From the IMG/VR virus record IMGVR_UViG_3300032216_000455, positions 1 through 34,357 of that record: a stretch of 34,357 nt of DNA. One strand, 5' to 3'. The stretch comes from a virus (Duplodnaviria > Caudoviricetes). The position numbers and the translations under genes are program-made. Every line of letters begins with the position of its first letter. The stretch's first letter is position 1. This document shows positions 17,373-27,350 of the stretch, piece by piece. The notes beneath the pieces are model-generated. The model was not told the DNA's origin. It saw only the letters and a list, made by a program, of their open reading frames with translations, and made no database searches.

Positions 17373-18989
17373 TTACTTAGGCTGTTTCAGGCTGCTGAAA
17401 TCTATCACATTACTGCCTGCACCTGTACCCCCACGGCCTCCTAGCAACTCCCGCGTTCTTTCTGCGGCGTCAGTCCCAGTCCCACTTGCGGGGTGGTTAA
17501 GCTGTAGCCATTCACTGGCCGCTGCCTTAGCCTCAGGGTTGCCGCTCATAAACATACGGAATGCAATATCAGTGGGATCATATCCCTTAGCCTCAGCAGC
17601 CTTCGTCTGGATTTCAAGTTCCTGACGCTTAAGATCAAGCTGCTCTTTATCCAGTTCCAACTTCTGACCGAACTGCTGCTGAGCAAGCTGTTGCTGCTGG
17701 ACATCGACAGCCAACTTAAACTTATCCAAGGCTTCCCTACGATCCTTGGCACCCATTTCGACCATGAGGTTAAGTGCTTTGTCCTTAAGCTGCTTGCGTT
17801 CTTTCTTGTCCGCAATAGCCCCCGGAAGCGCAGCCGATGCGGCTTCACCCACTGCCTGAAGCAGGTTCGGGGTTTTAGAGCTTGCCATGTTGAACCCAAT
17901 AGCAGCCAACGTCTCCCACATGGAATCCTTGCGCTGCTTAGCCTCATATTCAGGTGAGGCCAGTTCCTTAGCCCGAGCGCGCATCGCATCATCAGTAGCT
18001 TGGTCTTCAGGGGACTTAGCAAAACGACGCTCAATAAGATCGGCAATATCACCAAGGCCGGCTGTAAAACCTTGAGCCGTAGCAGCATTGCGTTCCCGAA
18101 TAGGCGGTGCATCGCCCTTCATTACGTTTGAAATATACTTCTGCGTTTCAGTCGGAAGCTTCTTAGGATCGGCACCGGACTTCAGCCACTTGTCCACATT
18201 GCCCGGCCCCCAATTATACGCAGCAAGCGCAGTGGCTTGGTCGCCATAGCGACGATACATGGCATCAAGATATTGCTGACCAACACGGCGGTTTTCTTCT
18301 TCGCTATCGTTACGAGTCGGTTCAATGCCAAAGCCGGGATCACGACTTGTGCCGTTCATAAGCTGCATAACACCACGTGCACCCTTGGGGCTGGTTGCGC
18401 TCTGCTTACCGCCACTTTCCCAATACTCGACCGAATCGTAGAGGTTAGACATGCCACCGCCACGGGCAAAGGCAACGAGACCACCATTAGCGTAGCCACC
18501 ATTGTCGGGTTCATCGAACATACCTGCTGGAATGGGAACATCAGAAAGCCCACCACCCGAAGCGTAGGGAGGAACCATACCGCCTTCGGCCATACCCACT
18601 GGAGCTTCTTCGTCCGACATCTCAGGTTGAGGAGCTTCAGGCATAGGGGGTACAAGCTGCACCTGCGCAGCTTCTGGCGTAGCGCCAAGACCAGCCGAAG
18701 GAGCACCCATGGGGGCAGGAGGTCCCGAGGGCGCATTAGGACCAGCCGGAGCGCCACCCATAGGTGCAGGAGGAGCGGGGGGAGCAAAGACTTGCTGGGC
18801 TACCGTCTGTTGGGGAGCCTGTTCTTGCTGCGCAGCAGACCGCATCCGGTCAATAAACATACCCGCCAGCGTACCAGCCGTGGGGTCAACGACACCCATC
18901 TGCATGGCTTCAGCAATTTTCTGCTTGTTGCCGCCATAGTCCTTAGCAATCTGCTCTGGGGACTGGATGCTGTACGGTTTGCTTTCCAT
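17373..18989 (-). CDS. internal virion protein with SLT lytic transglycosylase domain
   Basis: ESGG (catalytic Glu), SPKGARGVMQLM, ALAAYNWGPGNV, ETQKY; disordered Pro-rich N terminus, coiled-coil C terminus. Confidence 0.9.
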   Translation of the reverse strand: MESKPYSIQSPEQIAKDYGGNKQKIAEAMQMGVVDPTAGTLAGMFIDRMRSAAQQEQAPQQTVAQQVFAPPAPPAPMGGAPAGPNAPSGPPAPMGAPSAGLGATPEAAQVQLVPPMPEAPQPEMSDEEAPVGMAEGGMVPPYASGGGLSDVPIPAGMFDEPDNGGYANGGLVAFARGGGMSNLYDSVEYWESGGKQSATSPKGARGVMQLMNGTSRDPGFGIEPTRNDSEEENRRVGQQYLDAMYRRYGDQATALAAYNWGPGNVDKWLKSGADPKKLPTETQKYISNVMKGDAPPIRERNAATAQGFTAGLGDIADLIERRFAKSPEDQATDDAMRARAKELASPEYEAKQRKDSMWETLAAIGFNMASSKTPNLLQAVGEAASAALPGAIADKKERKQLKDKALNLMVEMGAKDRREALDKFKLAVDVQQQQLAQQQFGQKLELDKEQLDLKRQELEIQTKAAEAKGYDPTDIAFRMFMSGNPEAKAAASEWLQLNHPASGTGTDAAERTRELLGGRGGTGAGSNVIDFSSLKQPK

Positions 18990-18995
18990 CTAATC

Positions 18996-20111
18996 TTACC
19001 CCGCGAACGTTTTGTACGTGCTATATGCACCCAACCCAGCACCAAGAAGCTGCTGACCAATCGACGGCGACGGCGCAGAAGTTGTTTGCGTGGTGCTCGT
19101 AGCCTGCGGTACACCGCTCAAGATGTTCATGTACTGCTGAAGCCGCTTATACGGATCGTTCTTCTGTTCCAAGAAGTCTTGGTAGTCGAGATCACGCTTC
19201 TGCTGCTCAAGTGCCTGCGTCTGCGCCGCTGTTTGCTGCTGCAATCCAAGGCGCTGTACATCCGCCTGCTGCTGGGTTTGCCCAATATTCGCAAGGGTCT
19301 GAGCCATATCGCCGGCAGTCTTGTACTTGTTGAGGTCCTGTGTGGCCCCAAACTGACGAGACTGTTCACCAAGGCGCTGACCTTCAAGATTATACTGCTG
19401 GTTAGCCTGCTGCGCTGCAAGGCTGTTCCTAGCCCCCAAGTCCTGCACGCCAAGCTTTGCCCTGAGGTTAGCTTCATTGACGCTAAAGCCTGCTGCACGA
19501 TCCGCATTAAACTGGGCCTGTGCATTCTCATACGCAGACTGAAGACCCTTAGCCTCGATGTCACTCAGGTTCTGCCCAAGAGCACGTTCACGACCAAGGC
19601 CAGCAAGAAGCTGGCGGCTACCACCATAAGTGCCCTGACGCGCTGCGCCTAGGTTCTGCATCAACTGCGTACGCTGTGCATCCTGCTGGGCTTCACGCTT
19701 CTGGATATCCAGCACATTCTGAACGTAGGGCGACATATACTGCTGAGCTTGCTGATTACCAAACTTCTCAGCTTCAGCCATCTGGTACTGCTGTAGCTCT
19801 GGGTTATTAACCTGATCTACTTGAAATTGGCCCGGTGTATAATTACCGGTGTTAAGCACCCCAAGGCCCGCCTGCTGCGCAAAGTTTGTGGCTTGACCAA
19901 ACTGGCCAGGTGTCTGCATCCCAGCAACTTCGCCCTGAAGCTTTAGCTGCTGAGGAGTAAATCCTTCAAGACGTTCGCGGTCATATAGGGGGGTCTGAGC
20001 GGTAAGTAGACCCTGTGCGGACTGCATTGCAGTATTATAAAACGGAAGCTGTGCCGCACCGATGTTCGATGTGGTTTGCTTTACCTCTTGTACAGTCGTC
20101 TTAGAAGCCAT
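18996..20111 (-). CDS. internal virion / DNA pilot (ejection) protein
   Basis: Gln/Ala/Gly-rich helical protein, YMSPY...GTYGGSR motifs, Gly-rich hydrophobic C terminus; lies between tail and SLT genes. Confidence 0.7.
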   Translation of the reverse strand: MASKTTVQEVKQTTSNIGAAQLPFYNTAMQSAQGLLTAQTPLYDRERLEGFTPQQLKLQGEVAGMQTPGQFGQATNFAQQAGLGVLNTGNYTPGQFQVDQVNNPELQQYQMAEAEKFGNQQAQQYMSPYVQNVLDIQKREAQQDAQRTQLMQNLGAARQGTYGGSRQLLAGLGRERALGQNLSDIEAKGLQSAYENAQAQFNADRAAGFSVNEANLRAKLGVQDLGARNSLAAQQANQQYNLEGQRLGEQSRQFGATQDLNKYKTAGDMAQTLANIGQTQQQADVQRLGLQQQTAAQTQALEQQKRDLDYQDFLEQKNDPYKRLQQYMNILSGVPQATSTTQTTSAPSPSIGQQLLGAGLGAYSTYKTFAG

Positions 20112-20154
20112 TACAAATCCCTACCATATGAGCGCTAACGCGTCACTTTATAAA

Positions 20155-21627
20155 TCAAGCTAACCCACGGACTAGCTTGGTGTCCTGCCCACGACCTGCT
20201 TTTTTACGTGCCTTATGTGCTTTGTCCATAAGAGCATAAAGTTTATCTGCACCGCGCTTAGCATCACCTTTACCGATGCGGCGTACAACATCTGCGGGCA
20301 TAATCACTTCATCCCGAGCGACACGAGCAGGCTGATGCTTACCAATACGAGCAGGTACGCTATCACTAACTCCATCACCAGGTCCTTGTACTGGGTGGCC
20401 ACCAATGCGACGGAGAGCTTCCATACCCGCATTGCTGCTACCATTTCCGATTTCAGATACCGTGCGGGCATCGAGTACAAAAGCTCCATCGGACAATTGA
20501 ACTTCGCCACCGTGGGCATATCCCGCGTAGCTGGCGCTATAAGGGTCATTGGGATCGTTAGAATCAACGCCGCCCATGTACGTAGTAGGTACAAAGTCGT
20601 ACATTGGCTGACCCTTTTTGGCTTTCGGGTTCAGCACAGGCTGCATGATCTGAGTACCACGGGTAGTATGTGACCCCGGCTGTACAACCTGACCCATGGT
20701 GTTGCGAATTTCCGGCATATCCACGGCAAAGAACCGACGTTGCTTCGATGTAACTGGGCCATTGGGGTCCATGATCTGCTGACGGTCCTGTGCATAGTAC
20801 GGACCTTGATAGGAGTTATCGATCTGACCTTCTGGGCCTGCTGCTCCACCAGATGGAGTAACTGCACGGCTAATACCACCTAGTGCACCTTGGGCAGCTA
20901 CCATGGGAGCAACTTTACCTACAATCCCTCCAGGAAGGCCGGCACCCGCTGCTTGGCCAAAACCACTCATAAACCCAGTAGGTTTAGCTGTCATGGCCGC
21001 TGCGCGCTGGAATGCCGCATTAGGTGCAGACGTCATAGTAGCATTCGATCCTAGCGCCGCTGCCTTGTCGATGGCATTCTGAGCAACTGCCGCTGTTGGG
21101 TGCATAACTGCAGCCCCAGAACCAGCGAGGTGCAAGCCTTCCCCAACATGGCCAAGCGCACCGCCAACACCAGCAGCACCAGCAAGTGAAGCGCCACCAT
21201 AAGCACCGAGGCCGGCCATAAGACCCTTCTTAAGACTACCCGTAGCCGCTGTGCCACCTACCGCACCAAGCGCACCCATCCAGATCGGGGGGATACCAAA
21301 GGCCATGCCAGCTGCGCCAAGGATCGTTGGGAGAAGCTTACCAAGCCAGCCAGCTTCGGGAAGACCAGTGTGTGGATTGATCGTCAGCGAACCACCATGC
21401 GCCATAGCCAGACCCTGAAGGCTGTTAACCTCGTTGGGTGTCATATGGACAAGCATGGAGTCTTCGCCGCGACCCTGCGACTGTAGCTGCTGCGCCAATG
21501 GGTTACCGAGCACAGACAAACCACCCTGCGCCGGAGATGTACCGGACGTAATGGGGTTATCCGCACCGAGCATCGGGGGATTGCCAGTCGGTCCAGACTG
21601 AGGCTGCGTCATCTGCTGAAGGTCCAT
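20155..21627 (-). CDS. internal virion protein with repeated GPG-D-SDS-type modules
   Basis: GRGEDSMLVHMTPNEV, TINPHTGLPEA, hydrophobic Gly/Ala segment, LSDGAFVL, GPGDGVSDSVPARI...DEVIMPADVV. Confidence 0.7.
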   Translation of the reverse strand: MDLQQMTQPQSGPTGNPPMLGADNPITSGTSPAQGGLSVLGNPLAQQLQSQGRGEDSMLVHMTPNEVNSLQGLAMAHGGSLTINPHTGLPEAGWLGKLLPTILGAAGMAFGIPPIWMGALGAVGGTAATGSLKKGLMAGLGAYGGASLAGAAGVGGALGHVGEGLHLAGSGAAVMHPTAAVAQNAIDKAAALGSNATMTSAPNAAFQRAAAMTAKPTGFMSGFGQAAGAGLPGGIVGKVAPMVAAQGALGGISRAVTPSGGAAGPEGQIDNSYQGPYYAQDRQQIMDPNGPVTSKQRRFFAVDMPEIRNTMGQVVQPGSHTTRGTQIMQPVLNPKAKKGQPMYDFVPTTYMGGVDSNDPNDPYSASYAGYAHGGEVQLSDGAFVLDARTVSEIGNGSSNAGMEALRRIGGHPVQGPGDGVSDSVPARIGKHQPARVARDEVIMPADVVRRIGKGDAKRGADKLYALMDKAHKARKKAGRGQDTKLVRGLA

Positions 21628-21639
21628 CGTGATCTTATC

Positions 21640-22587
21640 CTACCTTATGACTACGCTTATAGTACCAATTTGTCCAAAACCAAAGACCGGAAGTGGTGCA
21701 ACGTAAGTTGGGTTCGGGAATTTAGCTGAGATAAACTGCACAGCGACGATAGCTGATGGCGTTGCCGGAATAGCGGGGTTATTACCAGCGCTAAAAGTCT
21801 TGGCCGCAAGGGCAGAAAGGCTCGTCGTAGTAGCAGACGAGTTCCACATAATCTCGACATAGTCGTTGGCTGCTAGGCTAACCATATATGGCGTTACAGC
21901 AATAAGCGCTGACGGCACACCCGCACTTTTGCGTGGGGGCATAGAGAACTGGCTGTTTGAAGCAGCGATGTCCGTACCGTTCTTGCGGAACCAAACGTCA
22001 ACTAGTTCTGTACTATTGGCGGTGCTTTTGAACTGCAAGCTAAACGTAAACTGGTAAATCCCTTCATGCGAAACAACGATCCGCGAAGTGGGGCTTCCAA
22101 TAGTTATAACATTGGGGAAATCATTGGTAGTGTAGGTTACTCCTACGGCTACATCGACGGCAGAAAGCGTCTGGTTAGCGTCGCTTTGAAGCACCGTGTA
22201 CGGAGTAAATATATGCTCGCCATCTCCGTAAAAGTCGGTAGCGTAGACACTGCCCACCATCATATCTTGCGATACCTGCCGCCCGTTGCGGTGGCCGTAA
22301 GAGATAAGCGCATCGGTCCACACGCCGTTGGCGCGTTCGTAACCAGTTACCGAGCTATGGGATATAAGTAGGTTTGTATCGACGGTGCCGCTGGCAGTGA
22401 CGTTGGTTCCTGTGAAGCTACCCCCAACGAACCGATCTGCTGTGTACTGCTGCGCATGGTTGGGCGTGTTGCTGTCCAACTGGGAAAAGTAGTTTTCCAG
22501 CACGCGCATAACCTGCCGCATGTACTGCGGGTCCCACTTTGAAGGGGGGCCGGGTATCGGCGGAAAACGGAACTTGTCCATTGCCAT
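21640..22587 (-). CDS. tail-associated protein with C1q/TNF-like beta-sandwich C terminus
   Basis: Start ATG 22587 (TAATG coupling); GIYQFTFSLQF...VWFRKNG...VSLAANDYVEI pattern. Confidence 0.65.
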   Translation of the reverse strand: MAMDKFRFPPIPGPPSKWDPQYMRQVMRVLENYFSQLDSNTPNHAQQYTADRFVGGSFTGTNVTASGTVDTNLLISHSSVTGYERANGVWTDALISYGHRNGRQVSQDMMVGSVYATDFYGDGEHIFTPYTVLQSDANQTLSAVDVAVGVTYTTNDFPNVITIGSPTSRIVVSHEGIYQFTFSLQFKSTANSTELVDVWFRKNGTDIAASNSQFSMPPRKSAGVPSALIAVTPYMVSLAANDYVEIMWNSSATTTSLSALAAKTFSAGNNPAIPATPSAIVAVQFISAKFPNPTYVAPLPVFGFGQIGTISVVIR

Positions 22588-24512
22588 TAGCGTGAACCAT
22601 CCTGACGGGCATCCAGACGCGGCGCACCCAGTTGCCACTGTACCCCAAGGGTATCTGATTGAATTTTAAACGCCATCTGGCGCGCACGCGCACGCATGAA
22701 GACCTGATTGGTGTACTGGTTAGTCGTAGTTTGAATTACGCGCTGGCTATCCGCAGCATCAGATTGGGCCGAGCCGCCGGGAAAATTGCGTGGGATAACC
22801 GTAAGCGTAGCTTCCGCATTTGTTGCTGTCGAATCAGTAAAACTAACATCCGGTATAATACGACGGATCAGCATGAAGTTATCACCATCACCAATATCAA
22901 AGGGTGATGACTGGATGTAGCTGGTCATTGCGGCATTATCATCGTTGATGCCGTTCTCATGAGAGTAAAGATAACCACTACCGACTGTGACTGTGCCGTT
23001 AGGATTTACTGTAACGGGTGTATTGGTAGCCTGCGGCCAGTGGAGGATCGGCGTATCTAACCAAGCTGTGCGCTCAATAGACCCATAGTACCAAATGCGC
23101 TCAAGGTGGTTATAGACAACATAAGCATTGTTATAATTGCTTGTTGCCGTGGGGTAGAACCACCAGATTTCGTTCCACTGCTCATTGGTCCCGCATACAA
23201 TCTGGTCAGACTGATCGAGGTTAATGTTGTTGAACACGTGGTTACGTAGAGTGCATGGCAGCGTCTCAACGCGACCGGTATAGGCATAGAACTTGTCCTG
23301 CCCCATCCAGTAGATGACGTTGGCTGCGGATACCATGCACCGAGAAGAGGCGACGGAGATATTGTCCGCATACTCCTGAAGCCCAAACACATCTGTGGTG
23401 CCAAGGTATTGCAAGGTATAAAGGTGCGTATCAGTCCAGATCAGGATTTCCTGCCGAGTCGGCATACCACGAATGATGCGCGAACCGCGAGACACGCGAA
23501 TGTCACCGGCAGAACTAAACTCAGATGGCGTCCAGTCACCCGGAGAATCCTGAGATGCCCAGCGGATAAGAAGCGGATCAAAATCCGTAGTGCTTGTAGA
23601 CCCATAAGGCACAGCTCCCAAAGCAAGGAGATGCTTGTCCTGCTGGGATACCAGCAACTGCATGATCTGCACTGGAACCGCAGCGGGGTCTTTACTTTGA
23701 GATGTAGCATACGCTTGTAGCGTTATTGCGTGGGTGGCTAGCGCAGTTGCAGGGTCATCAGTCGTGCCGCGCTCCCACCAGTAGCCTGCACCGTTACGAA
23801 TATTCATCACAAGGTCGTTATCGAAGTTATCGAACCACCAGTCGCGCTGTGGAAGCAGAAGCTGAGTTACTACAGGCGAACCCCACGTGCTACGTCCCCA
23901 TGTACTGGTGCCCCAGCCATAGCCGCCAATGGCAATGGGATTGCCGGGTTCGATTTCGACCTGCACAGTGTAGCCCGCGCCGCTAATGGACGCATTGGAC
24001 GTAGCATTGGTTGGGCTAGGCGAGGTAAAGGTAAACGTGTTAGCCCCAGTAACAGTTACAGTCTGGACACCATTGATATAGGTTGCAAGGATACCCCCAA
24101 CATTGGTTGCACCTGCAATCTGCACGGGTTCGCCAGTATCAAGCCACGAAGGTAGCGCAGTCGTTGTGGTTACCGTAATCGTCTTAGTGCCATTCGATGT
24201 CGCAATCGTGTTCGACCCAGCGAGTGCCGTGTCAAAGGGTGTGATGTCGTAATAGACGCCGCCTACGTTGATATAGACACGCTCGTTGGTACCGAGTGCA
24301 AGGAAGATATCGGAATAGGAAGTGATCCAGTTCCACATCTGACGGCACACGCCGACGAAAGCCGTAGTTGGGGATTTAATCCAGCCGCCAATCTTCTCTG
24401 GGTAGCCAGAGCGAAACCGAATTTTATCGCACTCGTACCAGCCACCCTCGTTAGAGTAGTCGGTCTGATCGCGGTTCACACCGGGCTTAAACTGGAGCTT
24501 GATGAAAGGCAT
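22587..24512 (-). CDS. tail tubular protein B / head-stabilisation protein (P22 gp10-like)
   Basis: 641 aa beta-rich; FKPG, KIRFRSGYPEKIGGW, IRWASQD...W, EIWWFYP, RARARQ, RLDARQDGSR C terminus typical of podovirus tail hubs. Confidence 0.75.
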   Translation of the reverse strand: MPFIKLQFKPGVNRDQTDYSNEGGWYECDKIRFRSGYPEKIGGWIKSPTTAFVGVCRQMWNWITSYSDIFLALGTNERVYINVGGVYYDITPFDTALAGSNTIATSNGTKTITVTTTTALPSWLDTGEPVQIAGATNVGGILATYINGVQTVTVTGANTFTFTSPSPTNATSNASISGAGYTVQVEIEPGNPIAIGGYGWGTSTWGRSTWGSPVVTQLLLPQRDWWFDNFDNDLVMNIRNGAGYWWERGTTDDPATALATHAITLQAYATSQSKDPAAVPVQIMQLLVSQQDKHLLALGAVPYGSTSTTDFDPLLIRWASQDSPGDWTPSEFSSAGDIRVSRGSRIIRGMPTRQEILIWTDTHLYTLQYLGTTDVFGLQEYADNISVASSRCMVSAANVIYWMGQDKFYAYTGRVETLPCTLRNHVFNNINLDQSDQIVCGTNEQWNEIWWFYPTATSNYNNAYVVYNHLERIWYYGSIERTAWLDTPILHWPQATNTPVTVNPNGTVTVGSGYLYSHENGINDDNAAMTSYIQSSPFDIGDGDNFMLIRRIIPDVSFTDSTATNAEATLTVIPRNFPGGSAQSDAADSQRVIQTTTNQYTNQVFMRARARQMAFKIQSDTLGVQWQLGAPRLDARQDGSR

Positions 24513-24522
24513 CTATTACCCC

Positions 24523-25137
24523 TTAAGTATACGCAAATTTGGCTTGGCCCGCAGCACCACCGCCACCAGCACCTGATGTTTGGCTACCTGAACCACCGCC
24601 GCCCGGTGCTGTACCAGCAGTGCCTGCACCACCACCTGTACCACCAGCACCGCCTCCGGGAGAAGCACCTGCGCCACCCGCGCCACCACCAGCAACACTA
24701 GTACCAGCGGTGCCAGAAGTATTAACATCGCCACCAGACCCAGTACCAGCAGCGCCACCGGTACCGCCAAGATTACCACTCAATCCATTAACGCCACCGC
24801 CTGCATTCAACGAAAATGCAGTGCCAAAAGTTCCCTGTGATGAGGTGCTTGCATTGCCCGTAGTCCCGCCAGCAACACTTGCAGCAACGGCATAGTTAAA
24901 GGTTTGCCCCCAATTGCTTGAAGTAAGAGCAAAAGTTTTTTTGACGTATGCGCCACCGCCGCCACCGCCACCGCCACCAGTTGGGAAAGCACCACCGCCA
25001 CCGCCGCCACCCCAAATTTCGATGACGACTTGGGATGCACCGGACGGAATAGTGTCAGTGCCACTACCAGTAGTGTAGGTATTCGTAACAGGAGAAAATC
25101 CAGCTGCGCCAAGCAGCGCCATTTGAATACCGCTCAT
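24523..25137 (-). CDS. glycine-rich tail fibre tip/adhesin-like protein
   Basis: Start MSGIQMALLG at 25137 (TAATG coupling); IEIWGGGGGGG, GGGGGGAY, APGGGGSG, GGGGAAG polyglycine motifs. Confidence 0.75.
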   Translation of the reverse strand: MSGIQMALLGAAGFSPVTNTYTTGSGTDTIPSGASQVVIEIWGGGGGGGAFPTGGGGGGGGGAYVKKTFALTSSNWGQTFNYAVAASVAGGTTGNASTSSQGTFGTAFSLNAGGGVNGLSGNLGGTGGAAGTGSGGDVNTSGTAGTSVAGGGAGGAGASPGGGAGGTGGGAGTAGTAPGGGGSGSQTSGAGGGGAAGQAKFAYT

Positions 25138-26369
25138 TAGGAGAGACCTCCCCCCGAAATGACACAATCTGTTGCGCTATTAAACCAGATGGTAGCCATA
25201 CCACGTTGGGCAAGCGTGCGGTTGCCAGTAGTAGCAGTGCCGACTTGATACATGGTGAGGCCCGATCCCTGTGTGATCGTTATCGAAGAGCTGCTGTTAT
25301 TATAGATCGAAATAGCATCGCCCGCAGCAAAGGTGCTGTTCGGGATCGTGATACCCGCAGTTACTGCGATGCACTGGCCGACGTCGCTAACCGTAGCCGT
25401 GCCACTTGTGGTTGAGCGAGGGATGCTGCGATATCCGATGGCAACACCATTGACCGTAGCGTTATTGTTGACCGAGGTAACCGAACCGCCAAGCGTCAGA
25501 CTGCCAGACGAGGTCACAGTGCCCGTTAATGTAAGGCCGTTGATCGAACCAGTGCCGCCCACAGAGGTAACGGTGCCACTGCCAGTGCCCGCACCAATCG
25601 CAGTACGGAAAGTCGCGGCATCCAGGGCAGATACAGTGTTGTCCGCATTAAAGCGTGGGAATGTAATTGCTGATGGGTTAGTAAGCGTAAATACATTTCC
25701 GCCAACCGTCGTTGCGCCCAGCGATGTGCGTGCAGTAGCAGCAGTGTTAGCTCCCGTACCGCCTTGGGCAATGCTAAGCGCGGTGGTAAGACCGGCCAGA
25801 GATGTGATGTCGCTATTAGCCCCAGAGGCCGCAGTACCAAGTGCAGTGCGCGCAGCGGCAGCAGTGTTAGCCCCAGTACCACCGGAGGCAATCGGAAGGG
25901 CAGTTGAGAGAGTTAGTGTGCCAGCAACTGAAAGCGATGACAAAGCAGTAACTACGTCAACAACGTTAGTGCCATCTGCATAAACCCACATGGTTTTGCC
26001 GGCAGGGACGGTCACACCCGTACCCGTGGAAGTTTTTACGGTGATGCTATCTGCGCAGTCATTCTGGATGATGTATGGCTTTTCAAATGCAGCCGAAGCC
26101 GTACCCGTCGTTTTTGGGATGATAAGGTTCCGAGTAGAGCCACCAGTAGTGCCAGTGCAACGCAAGCGCATATTGCGCGTATTCTGTGATGTGTTGAGAT
26201 TGCTAAGCGTAAGCGTCACATCTGCGCTTGAAAACGACACGTCGGCAGACCCGACAATTGCCTCTTCGATAGCAGTACCCAAGTTGGTATTGGTAATGTC
26301 ACCCCACGTGGTATTGTTATCCCCCGTGCCCATCAATTGGATTGCGAGTGTGCTATACGTGCTTGCCAT
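25137..26369 (-). CDS. tail fibre protein
   Basis: Thr/Ser/Gly-rich; duplicated L.IA.GGTGANTAA.ART.LG fibre repeat; C-terminal domain shared with the 630-aa fibre. Confidence 0.8.
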   Translation of the reverse strand: MASTYSTLAIQLMGTGDNNTTWGDITNTNLGTAIEEAIVGSADVSFSSADVTLTLSNLNTSQNTRNMRLRCTGTTGGSTRNLIIPKTTGTASAAFEKPYIIQNDCADSITVKTSTGTGVTVPAGKTMWVYADGTNVVDVVTALSSLSVAGTLTLSTALPIASGGTGANTAAAARTALGTAASGANSDITSLAGLTTALSIAQGGTGANTAATARTSLGATTVGGNVFTLTNPSAITFPRFNADNTVSALDAATFRTAIGAGTGSGTVTSVGGTGSINGLTLTGTVTSSGSLTLGGSVTSVNNNATVNGVAIGYRSIPRSTTSGTATVSDVGQCIAVTAGITIPNSTFAAGDAISIYNNSSSSITITQGSGLTMYQVGTATTGNRTLAQRGMATIWFNSATDCVISGGGLS

Positions 26370-26378
26370 CTTTGTTCC

Positions 26379-27329
26379 TTACGTTGGGATTTGCACCCAA
26401 GTCACTGTATTGCCGTCTGCTACTTGAACCCATGTTACCGTTTGAGCATCGTTAACCGCTACCCAGTTAGGTGTTTGTGCGTCGGATATAGCAGACCAAC
26501 TTACGCTTTGCGAGTTATTTACATCTACCCAGTTGGGTGTCTGATTGTCGTTTATAACCCCCCAGACAAGCACGCTGGTGATCGACCCAGTGGCTGAAAC
26601 CCCAGTTACCGATACCTTAGCACCAGCAGAAATGGTCACACTGCCAAGGCTAACCGACGCTGAAACGCCTGTGACGTACACAGGTATGACGACTTTGCCT
26701 ATAGACCCAGTAGCCGAGACTCCTGTTAGGGTCGTGTTAGCCTTGGCAGTTACGGTAACTGTACCTACTGCACCTGATGCTTCAATGCCTGTGGGGGTGG
26801 CATTAGCCTTGGCAGCTACGGTTGCTGTACCGATAGAGCCACTAGCCGAGATACCTGTCAGGGTAGTGTACGCAAGACCCGTAACCGTTGGAGTACCAAG
26901 AGAGCCGGTAGCCGAGACGCCTGTCAGGGTAACAGCTACAGAGTTGCTGCCGACTACAGTAACAGTACCAAGAGAGCCACTAGCCGAGACACCTGTTAGA
27001 GTGGTGTACGCAAGGCCCGTAACCGTTGGAGTACCCAGCGTTCCTGAAGCGGAAACACCTGTCAGGGTGATGTTGGCTAGACTTGCAACAGATACAGTGC
27101 CCAGCGTCCCTGAAGCTGAAACACCAGTTAGAGTGGTGTTGGCTTTAGCTGCTACAGTAGCTGTGCCCAGCGTCCCTGAAGCGGAAACACCAGTGAGCGT
27201 AACATTAGCCAGACCTGTAACAGATACAGTGCCGAGCGTACCAGAAGCTGAAACATCCGTAAGCGTTACAGATGCAGTAGCTATATCACCCGCAAAAGGG
27301 GCGGTAGCGAAGGGGACAAAACCAAACAT
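26379..27329 (-). CDS. repeat-rich virion structural protein
   Basis: About 10 copies of a ~22-aa unit (TLTGVSASGTLGTxTVxxxAN) and six 11-aa W-spaced C-terminal repeats; MFGFVPFATAPFA N terminus. Confidence 0.75.
   Translation of the reverse strand: MFGFVPFATAPFAGDIATASVTLTDVSASGTLGTVSVTGLANVTLTGVSASGTLGTATVAAKANTTLTGVSASGTLGTVSVASLANITLTGVSASGTLGTPTVTGLAYTTLTGVSASGSLGTVTVVGSNSVAVTLTGVSATGSLGTPTVTGLAYTTLTGISASGSIGTATVAAKANATPTGIEASGAVGTVTVTAKANTTLTGVSATGSIGKVVIPVYVTGVSASVSLGSVTISAGAKVSVTGVSATGSITSVLVWGVINDNQTPNWVDVNNSQSVSWSAISDAQTPNWVAVNDAQTVTWVQVADGNTVTWVQIPT
26590..27270 (-). repeat. ~66-bp imperfect tandem coding repeats
   Basis: Recurring + strand blocks such as CCCGTAACCGTTGGAGTACC, GTGCCCAGCGTCCCTGAAGC and TAGCCGAGAC. 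Confidence 0.8.
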
Positions 27330-27350
27330 ATGTAAGCCCCCTTCCCTATG

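Noticed and set aside
18237-19652. 471-aa + strand ORF
   Set aside because: Antisense to two well-supported virion genes, with no recognisable motifs.
20112-20154. Promoter in the AT-rich gap before the 371-aa gene
   Set aside because: No -35/-10 pair with acceptable spacing was found on the - strand.
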